From a candidate division WOR-3 bacterium (lineage in GTDB: Bacteria > Hydrothermota > Tepidihabitantia > Tepidihabitantales > Tepidihabitantaceae): DNA of 64,000 bases. The notes under the pieces were generated by a model that was not told where the DNA came from, made no database searches, and saw nothing but the letters and a program-made list of their open reading frames with translations. The translations under genes and the position numbers were made by a program. Positions 56,010 to 64,000 of the stretch are shown here, piece after piece; within the stretch, counting starts at the first letter, position 1, and every line of letters begins with the position of its first letter. The DNA is taken from contig CBFGJV010000002.1 of assembly GCA_965649205.1 (NCBI GenBank), positions 1-64,000 of the forward strand. Direction: 5' to 3'.

Positions 56010-57188
56010 GTGCGGCTGCGTAATCCTTTTCTTGTCGGTCTGATATTCATTGGCGTTGGTTGCTATCGCTATGTTAACTTGGAACCCCCGCCAGATGCTC
56101 ATGCTGCGGCCCGGGAAACCTGGTTGCGTTTGGAGCAGCTGGGGTCTTTCCGGTTCCGGTTAAACTACCGCAGTTCGGCACCGTTGTCCTTGGGAGGCAG
56201 TTTTACCGGTACATGGCAGCGGCCGGACAGGGAATGGTGGCGAGGTTTCCGTTGGAGAGGCATGGAGGTTGACAGGGTTGAGCTGCGGGCCGCAGGAGAA
56301 GTTCAATATGAAAAGCAGCCGACCGGATGGAAAAAGACGGTACGGGGCGTGGAGACACGTATATTACAGCAGGTAAGACAGGTATTAGGCGACGGAAATG
56401 TAATTCCCCAGGATTCTGCGGCGGATACGTATGTGTACAGGTTTGAGTCCAGATTGCCCGTACTTGATCCAGCCAGACAACGGGTGTTTTCGGGACGACT
56501 GGAAATACACCGCCGCAGCGGTTTGCCTAGCAGAATGCTCTGTCAGGACAGCGCAGGTACTGTACAGTGGTCTTTGCTGCTAGATCGATACAACCAGGCC
56601 GGAAAGGTGGTTTTGCCCTTTGTAGGAGTGCAGGAATTATCTATTGGCACGCAGACCAGACTTTCCCGTGCCCGACTAGGACAGGCCGTAAGAATACTAC
56701 GCATGCGTCTGGAAAAACTGGGCTGGGAGTATAGCTTGAAGCGTAAGCGGGGCCAGCTGGTGCTAACCCTTGACCGGAGGCTGTCCGCGGATGCACTGGC
56801 CCTGCTGCTTGCTGCAGGTCAAATGGAATTACGGGCGGCGGCAAGTACGGCAGATGGAGGACTACAGGTCGGAGATGATGTGTCGTTTAAAGTGAGTACG
56901 GGAAGCCTTCTTGCCCGGAATGGCGATTGGTCGGTAGGGGAAGAGAGGGCACCTTTACCAGAACCTAAGATTGTTTTCGTTCCTTCAGAAGCCGGACGCC
57001 AAAAACTTTCGGCACTGGGTGATAGTCTAGTAGCGTTCATGTTGGATGGTAGGGTCCTGGATTATGCTCGAATTTCGACAGAGGGGAGACTCGTCTTCAA
57101 TTTCTCCGGTAGACCAGAATTAGCTTCGATCCTCGCGGTTGTTGTTTCTCTTCCTCCCAGTCCTGCGAGTTTCAGAATATTCAACTGA
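56010..57188 (+). CDS. Lipoprotein with C-terminal SecD/SecDF P1-like domain
   Basis: Lipobox GVGC; QAVRILRMRLEKLG, VAFMLDGRVL and ELASILAVVV..PP.P resemble SecD P1; no TM bundle. Confidence 0.6.
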   Translation: MRLRNPFLVGLIFIGVGCYRYVNLEPPPDAHAAARETWLRLEQLGSFRFRLNYRSSAPLSLGGSFTGTWQRPDREWWRGFRWRGMEVDRVELRAAGEVQYEKQPTGWKKTVRGVETRILQQVRQVLGDGNVIPQDSAADTYVYRFESRLPVLDPARQRVFSGRLEIHRRSGLPSRMLCQDSAGTVQWSLLLDRYNQAGKVVLPFVGVQELSIGTQTRLSRARLGQAVRILRMRLEKLGWEYSLKRKRGQLVLTLDRRLSADALALLLAAGQMELRAAASTADGGLQVGDDVSFKVSTGSLLARNGDWSVGEERAPLPEPKIVFVPSEAGRQKLSALGDSLVAFMLDGRVLDYARISTEGRLVFNFSGRPELASILAVVVSLPPSPASFRIFN

Positions 57189-57330
57189 CGTTCCTGAAGT
57201 TCAGTCGTAACCTCCCTCCGTTTTGTCTTTCTGGCAAGAGATTGTTGGTAACCTAATTCCCACAGCGAGAGTTGAGACGACGGAAGTATTCTTGGTTTGC
57301 ATTGTCTGTTCTGTGTTCTAGAATGGCGTA

Positions 57331-59556
57331 GTGCGACAGGTAGCTTTTGTCTCGTATATGCTGCGGTACGCTCGGGCGTTTCTGCTGGTTGGAATCTTGT
57401 TACAGGCTAGCGTAGCACAGCCGCCGGACACGGGTACTGTGCGGGTGGGGCTGGCGCTTTCAGGGGGCGCGGCTCTCGGATTGGCACATATCGGCGTTTT
57501 GAAAGTACTGGAAGAAGCCGGGATTTCTGTCTGTTGTATTTCTGGTAACAGCATGGGCTCGATGGTGGGCGGTGTGTACGCAGCGGGGTATTCAGCTGCG
57601 GCAATAGAGAGCATTGCCGTGAATGCGGACTGGGGCACACTGTTTTCTTCTGGCGTACCTTTCGGCGCCAGGTATCTGCCGGAAAGACAGCAGGTACAGC
57701 GTTATGTGATACAACTCCGGCACAGGAATCTCTTACCCTCGCTTCCGTCCGGACTGGTTCCCCTGCAAAATGTGGAGTTTCTGCTTATGGACCTTCTGTC
57801 CGAGATTGAGTACAACACCGGCTTCGATTTTGACAGCTTGCCTATTCCCTATCGGGCGGTTGCGGTCGATTTGACTTCCGGCAAGTTGCAGGTTCTGTCC
57901 CGTGGCCGGCTTTCTCAGGCAATTCGAGCCAGCATTGCAATTCCGGGGGTTTTTGCGCCAGAGCGACTTGAGGGAATGGAGTTGGTAGACGGAGGGGTGC
58001 AGCGGTATCTACCAGTAAGTGCTCTAGAGGAATTTCAGCCGGACCTCATTATTGCAGTACTGACTATGAAGCATAATCAGGAGACAGGCATTTCCCTGAT
58101 AGACATAGCTTCGCGAAGCAGTGATATCGTGGGCATGGAAGACTTGGCTCGGCAGAAGGCGATGGCGGACGTGCTGATTGAACCGAATGTAGACCCTTTT
58201 ACTCATTCTGACTTTGCCCGGGCTAGAGAGTTGATTGCGGCAGGAGAGGCAGCCGCGCGTGCGGCTCTGCCAGAGATTCTTTCCAAGCTTGCCGGTCGCC
58301 GTACCTTTAGTCCAGTACGGGCTGTGCAGATGCGCCCCCTGCCTCGCATTGGGGCAGTGCGGTTTTCAGGTTTGAAGGTGACACGTGAAGGAATGTTGCG
58401 TCCTCTGCTTGTTACCCGGCCGGGCAGATATCTTGTGTTTTCCCGGTTGCGCGAGGATTTGCGGCGATTATTCCATACTGGGCTGTTCGAAGATGTGAAT
58501 TACGCTCTAACAATGTTGGGACCTGATTCTGTGGAAGTCACAATAGAGTTGGAAGAGCGGCCTTACGGTTTTTATTCATTGGGACTGCGTTACGACAACG
58601 TTGACAATGTCGGGCTCGGCATAGAGGTCGGGCAGGGAAATCTGTTTGGTTCTGGCGCAAGCGTGAGAGCGGTGCTGGGGCTAGGCAATCCGAACGAGTT
58701 GCGTTTAGGTTTGACAGGCACCCGCATATTCAATTTTCCGTTCGGTTACCGGTTGGATGGTTTCTGGAACGCAATTGACCGGATGTATCGATCGGAACAG
58801 TGGGAAGCAGGCTATAATGTGAGCCGGCGAGGCGGCTTGGCCGAAGCCGGGTATATAGTGGGGAAAAACGCGTTTTTCAATCTGGGGATGACAGCACACC
58901 AGGTTTCCTACCGCTTTCCGCCCTTACCCTTTTTTGATTCACTGGGAAGGGCAAAGGAGTGGCTGATGGGGCCGACGTTCCGGTTTGAGTTCAACAGTTT
59001 TGACAACCTGTATTTACCCACGAAGGGGATGACATACTCTTTGACTGCTTTCTACTCTACACCAAAGATGAAAGCAGATAGGCATTTTCTTAAGGCAGAG
59101 GCTTTGACCAGCAGGGTGTCTTCCCTAGGGACACGCTTGACCTTGAACTGGGGGGCGGAGTTTGGTTTAGTACTGGGGCAGCCATCTTGGGCTGAGCAGT
59201 TTCGTTCGGGCGGGGCCAATCTTCCCGGTTTTGCCAAGGAGCGGTTTACCAGCCCGTACAAGGCTATACTCAAGCTGGGCGTGGAATACCGCCTGACCAG
59301 ACTTTTCAATCAGGAGAGTTATCCTTTTTATGTGGGGCTCTTCGGCAATGTGAGCAGTTTTGATCCGCTGGACCAAGTGCTGGCCGGCCCGGACCGCATA
59401 TCGTATTTACACTGGGGTAGTGGTGTAAGCTTAAAGACTAATACGCCAATAGGTCCGTTTATCTTTACAGTTGGGGCAGCCGATCCGATTCGAAAAAAGT
59501 GGGAGTTTAACGCGTTTCTATCTGTAGGACGCGATTTTCGCTATACCTATTATTAA
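57331..59556 (+). CDS. Patatin-like phospholipase with POTRA and Omp85 barrel (PlpD / type Vd-like)
   Basis: LALSGGAALGLAHIGVL, GNSMG, RASIAIPGVF and LVDGG; POTRA (F.GL..T...TGLFEDV); TPIGP barrel end. Confidence 0.9.
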   Translation: MRQVAFVSYMLRYARAFLLVGILLQASVAQPPDTGTVRVGLALSGGAALGLAHIGVLKVLEEAGISVCCISGNSMGSMVGGVYAAGYSAAAIESIAVNADWGTLFSSGVPFGARYLPERQQVQRYVIQLRHRNLLPSLPSGLVPLQNVEFLLMDLLSEIEYNTGFDFDSLPIPYRAVAVDLTSGKLQVLSRGRLSQAIRASIAIPGVFAPERLEGMELVDGGVQRYLPVSALEEFQPDLIIAVLTMKHNQETGISLIDIASRSSDIVGMEDLARQKAMADVLIEPNVDPFTHSDFARARELIAAGEAAARAALPEILSKLAGRRTFSPVRAVQMRPLPRIGAVRFSGLKVTREGMLRPLLVTRPGRYLVFSRLREDLRRLFHTGLFEDVNYALTMLGPDSVEVTIELEERPYGFYSLGLRYDNVDNVGLGIEVGQGNLFGSGASVRAVLGLGNPNELRLGLTGTRIFNFPFGYRLDGFWNAIDRMYRSEQWEAGYNVSRRGGLAEAGYIVGKNAFFNLGMTAHQVSYRFPPLPFFDSLGRAKEWLMGPTFRFEFNSFDNLYLPTKGMTYSLTAFYSTPKMKADRHFLKAEALTSRVSSLGTRLTLNWGAEFGLVLGQPSWAEQFRSGGANLPGFAKERFTSPYKAILKLGVEYRLTRLFNQESYPFYVGLFGNVSSFDPLDQVLAGPDRISYLHWGSGVSLKTNTPIGPFIFTVGAADPIRKKWEFNAFLSVGRDFRYTYY

Positions 59557-60326
59557 GTGTTGGTTTCAGCAGGGGGGTAGGTTTGTTTGCTTTTGCCCGG
59601 GCAGGAGCGCACACATAGACCGCAGATGTACTGTGATACGTATCGCTTTCGTTGAAATTCTTTCAGTAGTGTAAAACAAGCCTGATGGTTGAAGTCTTCC
59701 GGTCTATCTGAGATTGCTTTTGCCGGGCAAACAGCAACACAGGCGCGGCAGGAACCGCAAGAGAAGGGCTGGATTTTGGAAGCTGGAGCTTGGCAAACGG
59801 GCAGGTCGGTGAGAACGGTGACGAGGCGGATTTGGGAGCCAAATTCAGGGGTGACAAGGAGATTGTTTCTTCCCAGCCAGCCAAGGCCGGCAGCAATGGC
59901 GATGCGCTTGTGCGAAAGATGGGCACGTTGATTTTGCCAGTCCACAATCTGGGATGCAGGTATTGGCAGAGCGCGATGATTGAGCGACTGAATATATTCG
60001 GTTAAAGCAAGGGCCAGGCGGTCGAGGGCAAAGTTCAGTTGACGATAGTGATGCTCGTACAAGAGGTTTGGGTGGTCTGTAAGAGTGGACAAGACGGAGG
60101 GAGAGAGACGCAGCGCGAGACTAATGGCAAAGGGCAGGGTCTTGAGGACCGATTCTGGTAGCAGGAAGTCATCGGTACTTACGGAAGAAAGCGCGGTTGC
60201 TCCCCAGACGGCAACATGGTATTCGTGGCAGAATTGGGATATTGTTGCCGCTACGCGGTCGTTTACTATTTGCCCGGGCATAATCCCTTGTCTGCGTTGC
60301 TGGCTCCGGGGAGTTTCGGCGTTCAT
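59553..60326 (-). CDS. QueG-like (epoxyqueuosine reductase family) 4Fe-4S protein
   Basis: [43 protein letters not shown]...CP. Confidence 0.82.
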   Translation of the reverse strand: MNAETPRSQQRRQGIMPGQIVNDRVAATISQFCHEYHVAVWGATALSSVSTDDFLLPESVLKTLPFAISLALRLSPSVLSTLTDHPNLLYEHHYRQLNFALDRLALALTEYIQSLNHRALPIPASQIVDWQNQRAHLSHKRIAIAAGLGWLGRNNLLVTPEFGSQIRLVTVLTDLPVCQAPASKIQPFSCGSCRACVAVCPAKAISDRPEDFNHQACFTLLKEFQRKRYVSQYICGLCVRSCPGKSKQTYPPAETNT

Positions 60327-62185
60327 TTCTTCCCCCGCAAAAACATCATCAGGGCAAAAGTAGCGGCGGGAGTGACTCCGGGTACCTGTTCGGCCTGGGC
60401 AATCGTCGCCGGTCTGACCCGGGTAAGTTTTTCTCTGATTTCTGTGGATAGACCAGGCACAAGTTGATAGTTCAGGTCCGCCGGTATCCTGACCTGTTCC
60501 AGCTCCCGGAATTTTTCGGCCTGGCGCTGCGAACGTTCAATGTAACCTTTGTATTTTACTTCCACCTCTACCAAATCAATCACCTCTGAAGGCAGGGAAG
60601 GGGCAGAAGTGTCTGATTGGGCAAGGTCCTTCCATCTGACTTCAGGGCGGAGGAGTAGCTCATGGGCTGGTACGCTTTGCTGCAGGGGCGTGGTTCCCAG
60701 TTGTTTAAGTTTGCGGTTGACTGCGGGCGTGGGTTTTATCCGGGTGCGTTGAAGCCAGTCTATTGCTTTGCGGTAGCAATCGTGTTTTTTTCTTATCTGT
60801 TCAAATTGGGAAGAGGATATGAGGCCAAGCTGATAAGCCTTTGGTCCTAATCTGAGATCAGCGTTGTCCTCGCGCAGAAGCAGGCGGTATTCCACGCGGG
60901 AAGTAAACATACGATAGGGCTCATCTGTTCCTTTGGTTACCAAGTCGTCTATCATTACGCCAATATAGGCTTCCGTGCGGGAAAGGGTGAATTCGCCTTT
61001 GTCTTTTGCGCGCAGCGCAGCGTTTATCCCCGCTATGATTCCTTGGGCTGCGGCCTCTTCATAGCCGGTGGTACCGTTTATCTGTCCGGCCAAAAATAGG
61101 TTACGAACCAACCTAGTTTCCAGAGTGTGCTTTAGTTGTGTGGGTTGAACATAGTCGTGCTCTATGGCATATCCTGGCCTCATCATTTCGCATTTCTCCA
61201 AGCCGGGTATGGAACGAAGCATTTTAAGCTGGTAGGAAACGGGCAAGCTGGTGGAGATACCATTGGGATAACATTCTTTGGTGTTTGTGCCTTCGGGTTC
61301 GATGAATACCAAATGATGGTTGCGATCCGGGAATTTCACTACCTTGTCCTCTATGGAAGGGCAATAGCGCACCCCCCGTCCTTTGATAATGCCGCAGTAC
61401 AGAGGCGATTGTTTCAGGCCAGAACGTACAATGCGGTGGGTCTTCGGTGTGGTGTGGGTAACATAGCAGACCAACCGGTTATGAAGAGTATCCTGTGTCC
61501 AGTATGACATAGGTCTAACGGGTTCATCTCCAGGCTGTACGGCCAGCTTGGATGTGTCTACCGTACGAATGTCAATTCTGGCAGGGGTACCGGTTTTGAA
61601 ACGGCCCAGGTCGAATCCGAGTTCGGCAAGATTGCGGGCCAAGGAACAGGACGGCTCTTCTCCTAAGCGGCCGGCTGGAAAATGGACGAGGCCGATGTGG
61701 ACAAGCCCGTTTAGGAAAGTGCCAGGAGAAAGGACAATGGCTTTAGCCCTAAACTTTTCTCCCAGTTCAGTTTCTATGCCGACAGCGGTGTGGCCACGCA
61801 GCAGTACCCGGGCGGCCATACCCTGGTATATGCGTAGGCCCGGAATGGCTTCCAAGTATTGCTTGATCAACGTACGGTACATTTGGCGATCAACCTGCAC
61901 CCGGGAAGAACGAACAGCTCTGCCTTTGGAGGTATTGAGCTGTCGAAAATGTATGCCGGCTTGGTCGGTGATATTCGCCATAATGCCGCCCAGAGCGTCT
62001 ATCTCCTTGACAAGCTGGCCTTTACCCAATCCGCCTATGGCCGGGTTGCAGGACAAAAGGCCGGCTGTGTCCAAGTTGGCGGTGAGTAGGAGGGTAGTAC
62101 ACCCTAGGCGGCATGCAGCTAGGGCTGCTTCAATGCCGGCGTTGCCGGCGCCAACCACTATGACATCGTAAAAGACGCTTGGCAC
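60323..62185 (-). CDS. mnmG: tRNA uridine-5-carboxymethylaminomethyl(34) synthesis enzyme MnmG (GidA)
   Basis: [51 protein letters not shown] and EPYRMFTSR motifs. Confidence 0.97.
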   Translation of the reverse strand: MPSVFYDVIVVGAGNAGIEAALAACRLGCTTLLLTANLDTAGLLSCNPAIGGLGKGQLVKEIDALGGIMANITDQAGIHFRQLNTSKGRAVRSSRVQVDRQMYRTLIKQYLEAIPGLRIYQGMAARVLLRGHTAVGIETELGEKFRAKAIVLSPGTFLNGLVHIGLVHFPAGRLGEEPSCSLARNLAELGFDLGRFKTGTPARIDIRTVDTSKLAVQPGDEPVRPMSYWTQDTLHNRLVCYVTHTTPKTHRIVRSGLKQSPLYCGIIKGRGVRYCPSIEDKVVKFPDRNHHLVFIEPEGTNTKECYPNGISTSLPVSYQLKMLRSIPGLEKCEMMRPGYAIEHDYVQPTQLKHTLETRLVRNLFLAGQINGTTGYEEAAAQGIIAGINAALRAKDKGEFTLSRTEAYIGVMIDDLVTKGTDEPYRMFTSRVEYRLLLREDNADLRLGPKAYQLGLISSSQFEQIRKKHDCYRKAIDWLQRTRIKPTPAVNRKLKQLGTTPLQQSVPAHELLLRPEVRWKDLAQSDTSAPSLPSEVIDLVEVEVKYKGYIERSQRQAEKFRELEQVRIPADLNYQLVPGLSTEIREKLTRVRPATIAQAEQVPGVTPAATFALMMFLRGKK

Positions 62186-62296
62186 AATTAAAACATTGTA
62201 AATTGAGTTAAAACCGAGTCAAAGACAAGTCGGGGGAAAAAATTAACAATGGCCGCAGGTATATAAAAAACGAAAGTGCCCCCTGTATGAAACTAC

Positions 62297-62324
62297 TTGA
62301 CAGACAAAGAGTTGACCCTAGAAT
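62297..62324 (+). promoter_or_regulatory. sigma70-type promoter for lipoprotein operon
   Basis: TTGACA-N16-TAGAAT. Confidence 0.7.
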
Positions 62325-62437
62325 TGCAGCAGTTGTGGAAGGTTAGGGTGGAGAGGAAACAGGGATAAAAAGGAGATAGGGCGCAAAAGCGCCAAGGAAG
62401 CAAGAAGGACCGTAAAAAGCTAGCAAAAGGAGGAAAC

Positions 62438-62719
62438 GTGAAGAAGGCACTGGCTACGCTTGCGGTGGTAGCGTTGCTGCTTGTGGTTGCTGGTTGTCCG
62501 GGTGCCCAGAAGGTAAAGGACTTGGAAGCCCAGGTAGCAGCCCAGCAGCAGAAAATCACCGAACTAGAAGGTCAGGTAGCGACTTTGACAGCGACAAATG
62601 ATTCGCTGACCAAAGTCATTGCTGACATGGTTGCGCAGCAGCAGAAGGCTGGAGCAAAGCAGACCACAAAGTCCGGTGGCACTCAGCCCGGTACTTTGAA
62701 GCCGCCAACCCAGAAGTAA
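62438..62719 (+). CDS. Small coiled-coil lipoprotein (Lpp-like architecture)
   Basis: AAGGAGG RBS; lipobox VAGC; heptad repeats; C-terminal Lys. Confidence 0.8.
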   Translation: MKKALATLAVVALLLVVAGCPGAQKVKDLEAQVAAQQQKITELEGQVATLTATNDSLTKVIADMVAQQQKAGAKQTTKSGGTQPGTLKPPTQK

Positions 62720-62738
62720 AGCAAGAGGAGTAACTGCT

Positions 62739-63521
62739 ATGAAAAGAATGACTTGGCTGGTTGTACTTGCAGGACTGGTACTCCTGGTGGGTGCAGGCTG
62801 CGAGCAGATGACAGAGCTCCAGAAGCCGGTGGTTACCTTGGTTTTGCTGAATAATGGCGGCGGCTTGCGGTTGACTTGGGCTGCGGTTCCGGATGCGGAT
62901 GGCTACCGTGTTAAGGCCGGCGACTCTACCTACACAACTACCGCGCTTACCTATGATGTGACTAGACCGGTGAAGAGAATAGAAGTTACTGCCTATAGTG
63001 GTTCTCTGGAAAGCGATCCGTTTGTGATTGACTGCGGACTGGTTGAGACGTCTTCGCTGGTACTCTACGGCAAGAAGGATCCGGATCCAAATCATCCGTC
63101 TGGCCTTGCCTTTACCTCTACTGGTACGGCTACGGCTATGTCACTGGCGGATGCGAACAAACCTTCGCTGGACTTTGTGTGCGACGACGAGTCTCCAGGA
63201 GTCCTGCCGATTGGTTTGGCTAATGCCGGCGACTACGGCTGGCCGCAGAATACCAAGGGTAACGCCCTGAAGAATTCTGGTGCCAGCAGCTATGATGCAG
63301 TCACCATTGCCGACCCGCCAGGTGGTTATCTTACCTCGCTGACGATTTCCAGTGGCGCGGTGTACTATCTGTGGCTGGATGCCCTGAACAATGGCTGGGA
63401 TGCCAATGACCACTATGCCAAGGCCCAGGTGGTCAGCATAGAGAACATCGGCAACTACAAGAAAGTTACGCTGAAGATCGGTTGGCAGAAAATCGGCGGT
63501 CTGCGCTGGCTGGTGAACTAA
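62739..63521 (+). CDS. Lipoprotein with FN3-like N-terminal domain
   Basis: GAGGAG RBS; lipobox GAGC; LRLTWAAVPDADGYRV. Confidence 0.8.
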   Translation: MKRMTWLVVLAGLVLLVGAGCEQMTELQKPVVTLVLLNNGGGLRLTWAAVPDADGYRVKAGDSTYTTTALTYDVTRPVKRIEVTAYSGSLESDPFVIDCGLVETSSLVLYGKKDPDPNHPSGLAFTSTGTATAMSLADANKPSLDFVCDDESPGVLPIGLANAGDYGWPQNTKGNALKNSGASSYDAVTIADPPGGYLTSLTISSGAVYYLWLDALNNGWDANDHYAKAQVVSIENIGNYKKVTLKIGWQKIGGLRWLVN

Positions 63522-63542
63522 AACAGACTGAACAGTGTATTG

Positions 63543-63570
63543 CCGGGGAGCATCTGCTCCCCGGTTTTTT
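63543..63570 (+). terminator. Rho-independent terminator
   Basis: CCGGGGAGCA-TC-TGCTCCCCGG followed by T6. Confidence 0.85.
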
Positions 63571-63637
63571 CTCCATATAGAGACTTCCTTGACTAGAGAT
63601 TCCTCTCGGCTAGTCTTTTCGCATCTGCAGGAGGAAT

Positions 63638-64000
63638 GTGTTGAGAAAGAGCTTGAAGCTGGTGAGTGTTGCCGGCCTGACCGGATTCTGCCTGCTTATG
63701 TTGCTCTCTGCTTGCGGAGAATTGGGAGGGCCGCCGTTGGATGTGAGGCTGGGAACAGATGTTACGGGGTTGAAGGTGCTGATTACTTGGAATATGCCGC
63801 GGGAGAATGTGCCGGACAAGTATCGGTTATACTTTTCACCTTTGCCTTGTACGAGTCTGCGGCAGATTGCGGAAACCACTGCGACCTCGTACCTGCACGA
63901 CCCGAAGGAAACTACGGGAGTATATGTGGTGGCCGCAGTTTTTGGTACGAAGGAGTATTACTCAGAGTCGCTGCGCACTATTCCGGTATATAACGATACC
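63638..64000 (+). CDS. Lipoprotein, 5' part (runs off the window; absent from the ORF track)
   Basis: AGGAGG RBS, GTG/TTG start; MLRKSLKLVSVAGLTGFCLLMLLSAC lipobox; frame open to 64000; promoter TTGACT-N16-TAGTCT at 63589-63616. Confidence 0.75.
   Translation, partial: MLRKSLKLVSVAGLTGFCLLMLLSACGELGGPPLDVRLGTDVTGLKVLITWNMPRENVPDKYRLYFSPLPCTSLRQIAETTATSYLHDPKETTGVYVVAAVFGTKEYYSESLRTIPVYNDT

Noticed and set aside
62186..62437. Possible oriC next to mnmG/gidA
   Set aside because: Only weak DnaA-box-like words (2 or more mismatches), no clear unwinding element, and the space is explained by two divergent promoters
63535..63993. 152-aa ORF from the track
   Set aside because: It overlaps a terminator and a promoter; the real gene is in another frame (63638 onward, with RBS and lipobox)

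Overview
Bacterial chromosomal window of about 50 CDS plus one tRNA-Gly(CCC). No CRISPR array, rRNA or transposase is visible. Housekeeping genes include alaS, der, a CCA/poly(A) nucleotidyltransferase, nth (frameshifted), truD, fabD, ino1, tmk, an S41 protease, mutM and mnmG. Many genes encode envelope or secreted proteins: five carry a T9SS-type-A/FlgD-like C-terminal tail and three belong to the Omp85 superfamily. This suggests a diderm FCB-related lineage such as candidate phylum WOR-3 (inference). The most notable region is 22.1-37.5 kb. A lipoprotein, a GAF-sigma54 activator and a Ser/Thr kinase precede three correctly spaced -24/-12 sigma54 promoter motifs. The last motif heads an operon encoding a stand-alone PqqD/RRE protein, an ATP-grasp ligase, a fold-III PLP decarboxylase, a urea-transporter/M23 fusion and a TPR protein. 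No precursor peptide is evident, but the decarboxylase N-terminus carries a lasso-leader-like YxxPxI motif. Other signals read from the DNA: a strong preference for 16-bp spacers in sigma70 promoters, many leaderless starts, a G12 tract inside mutM, a membrane-free SecD-P1-like lipoprotein between two Omp85 genes, and a Braun's-lipoprotein-like small lipoprotein.
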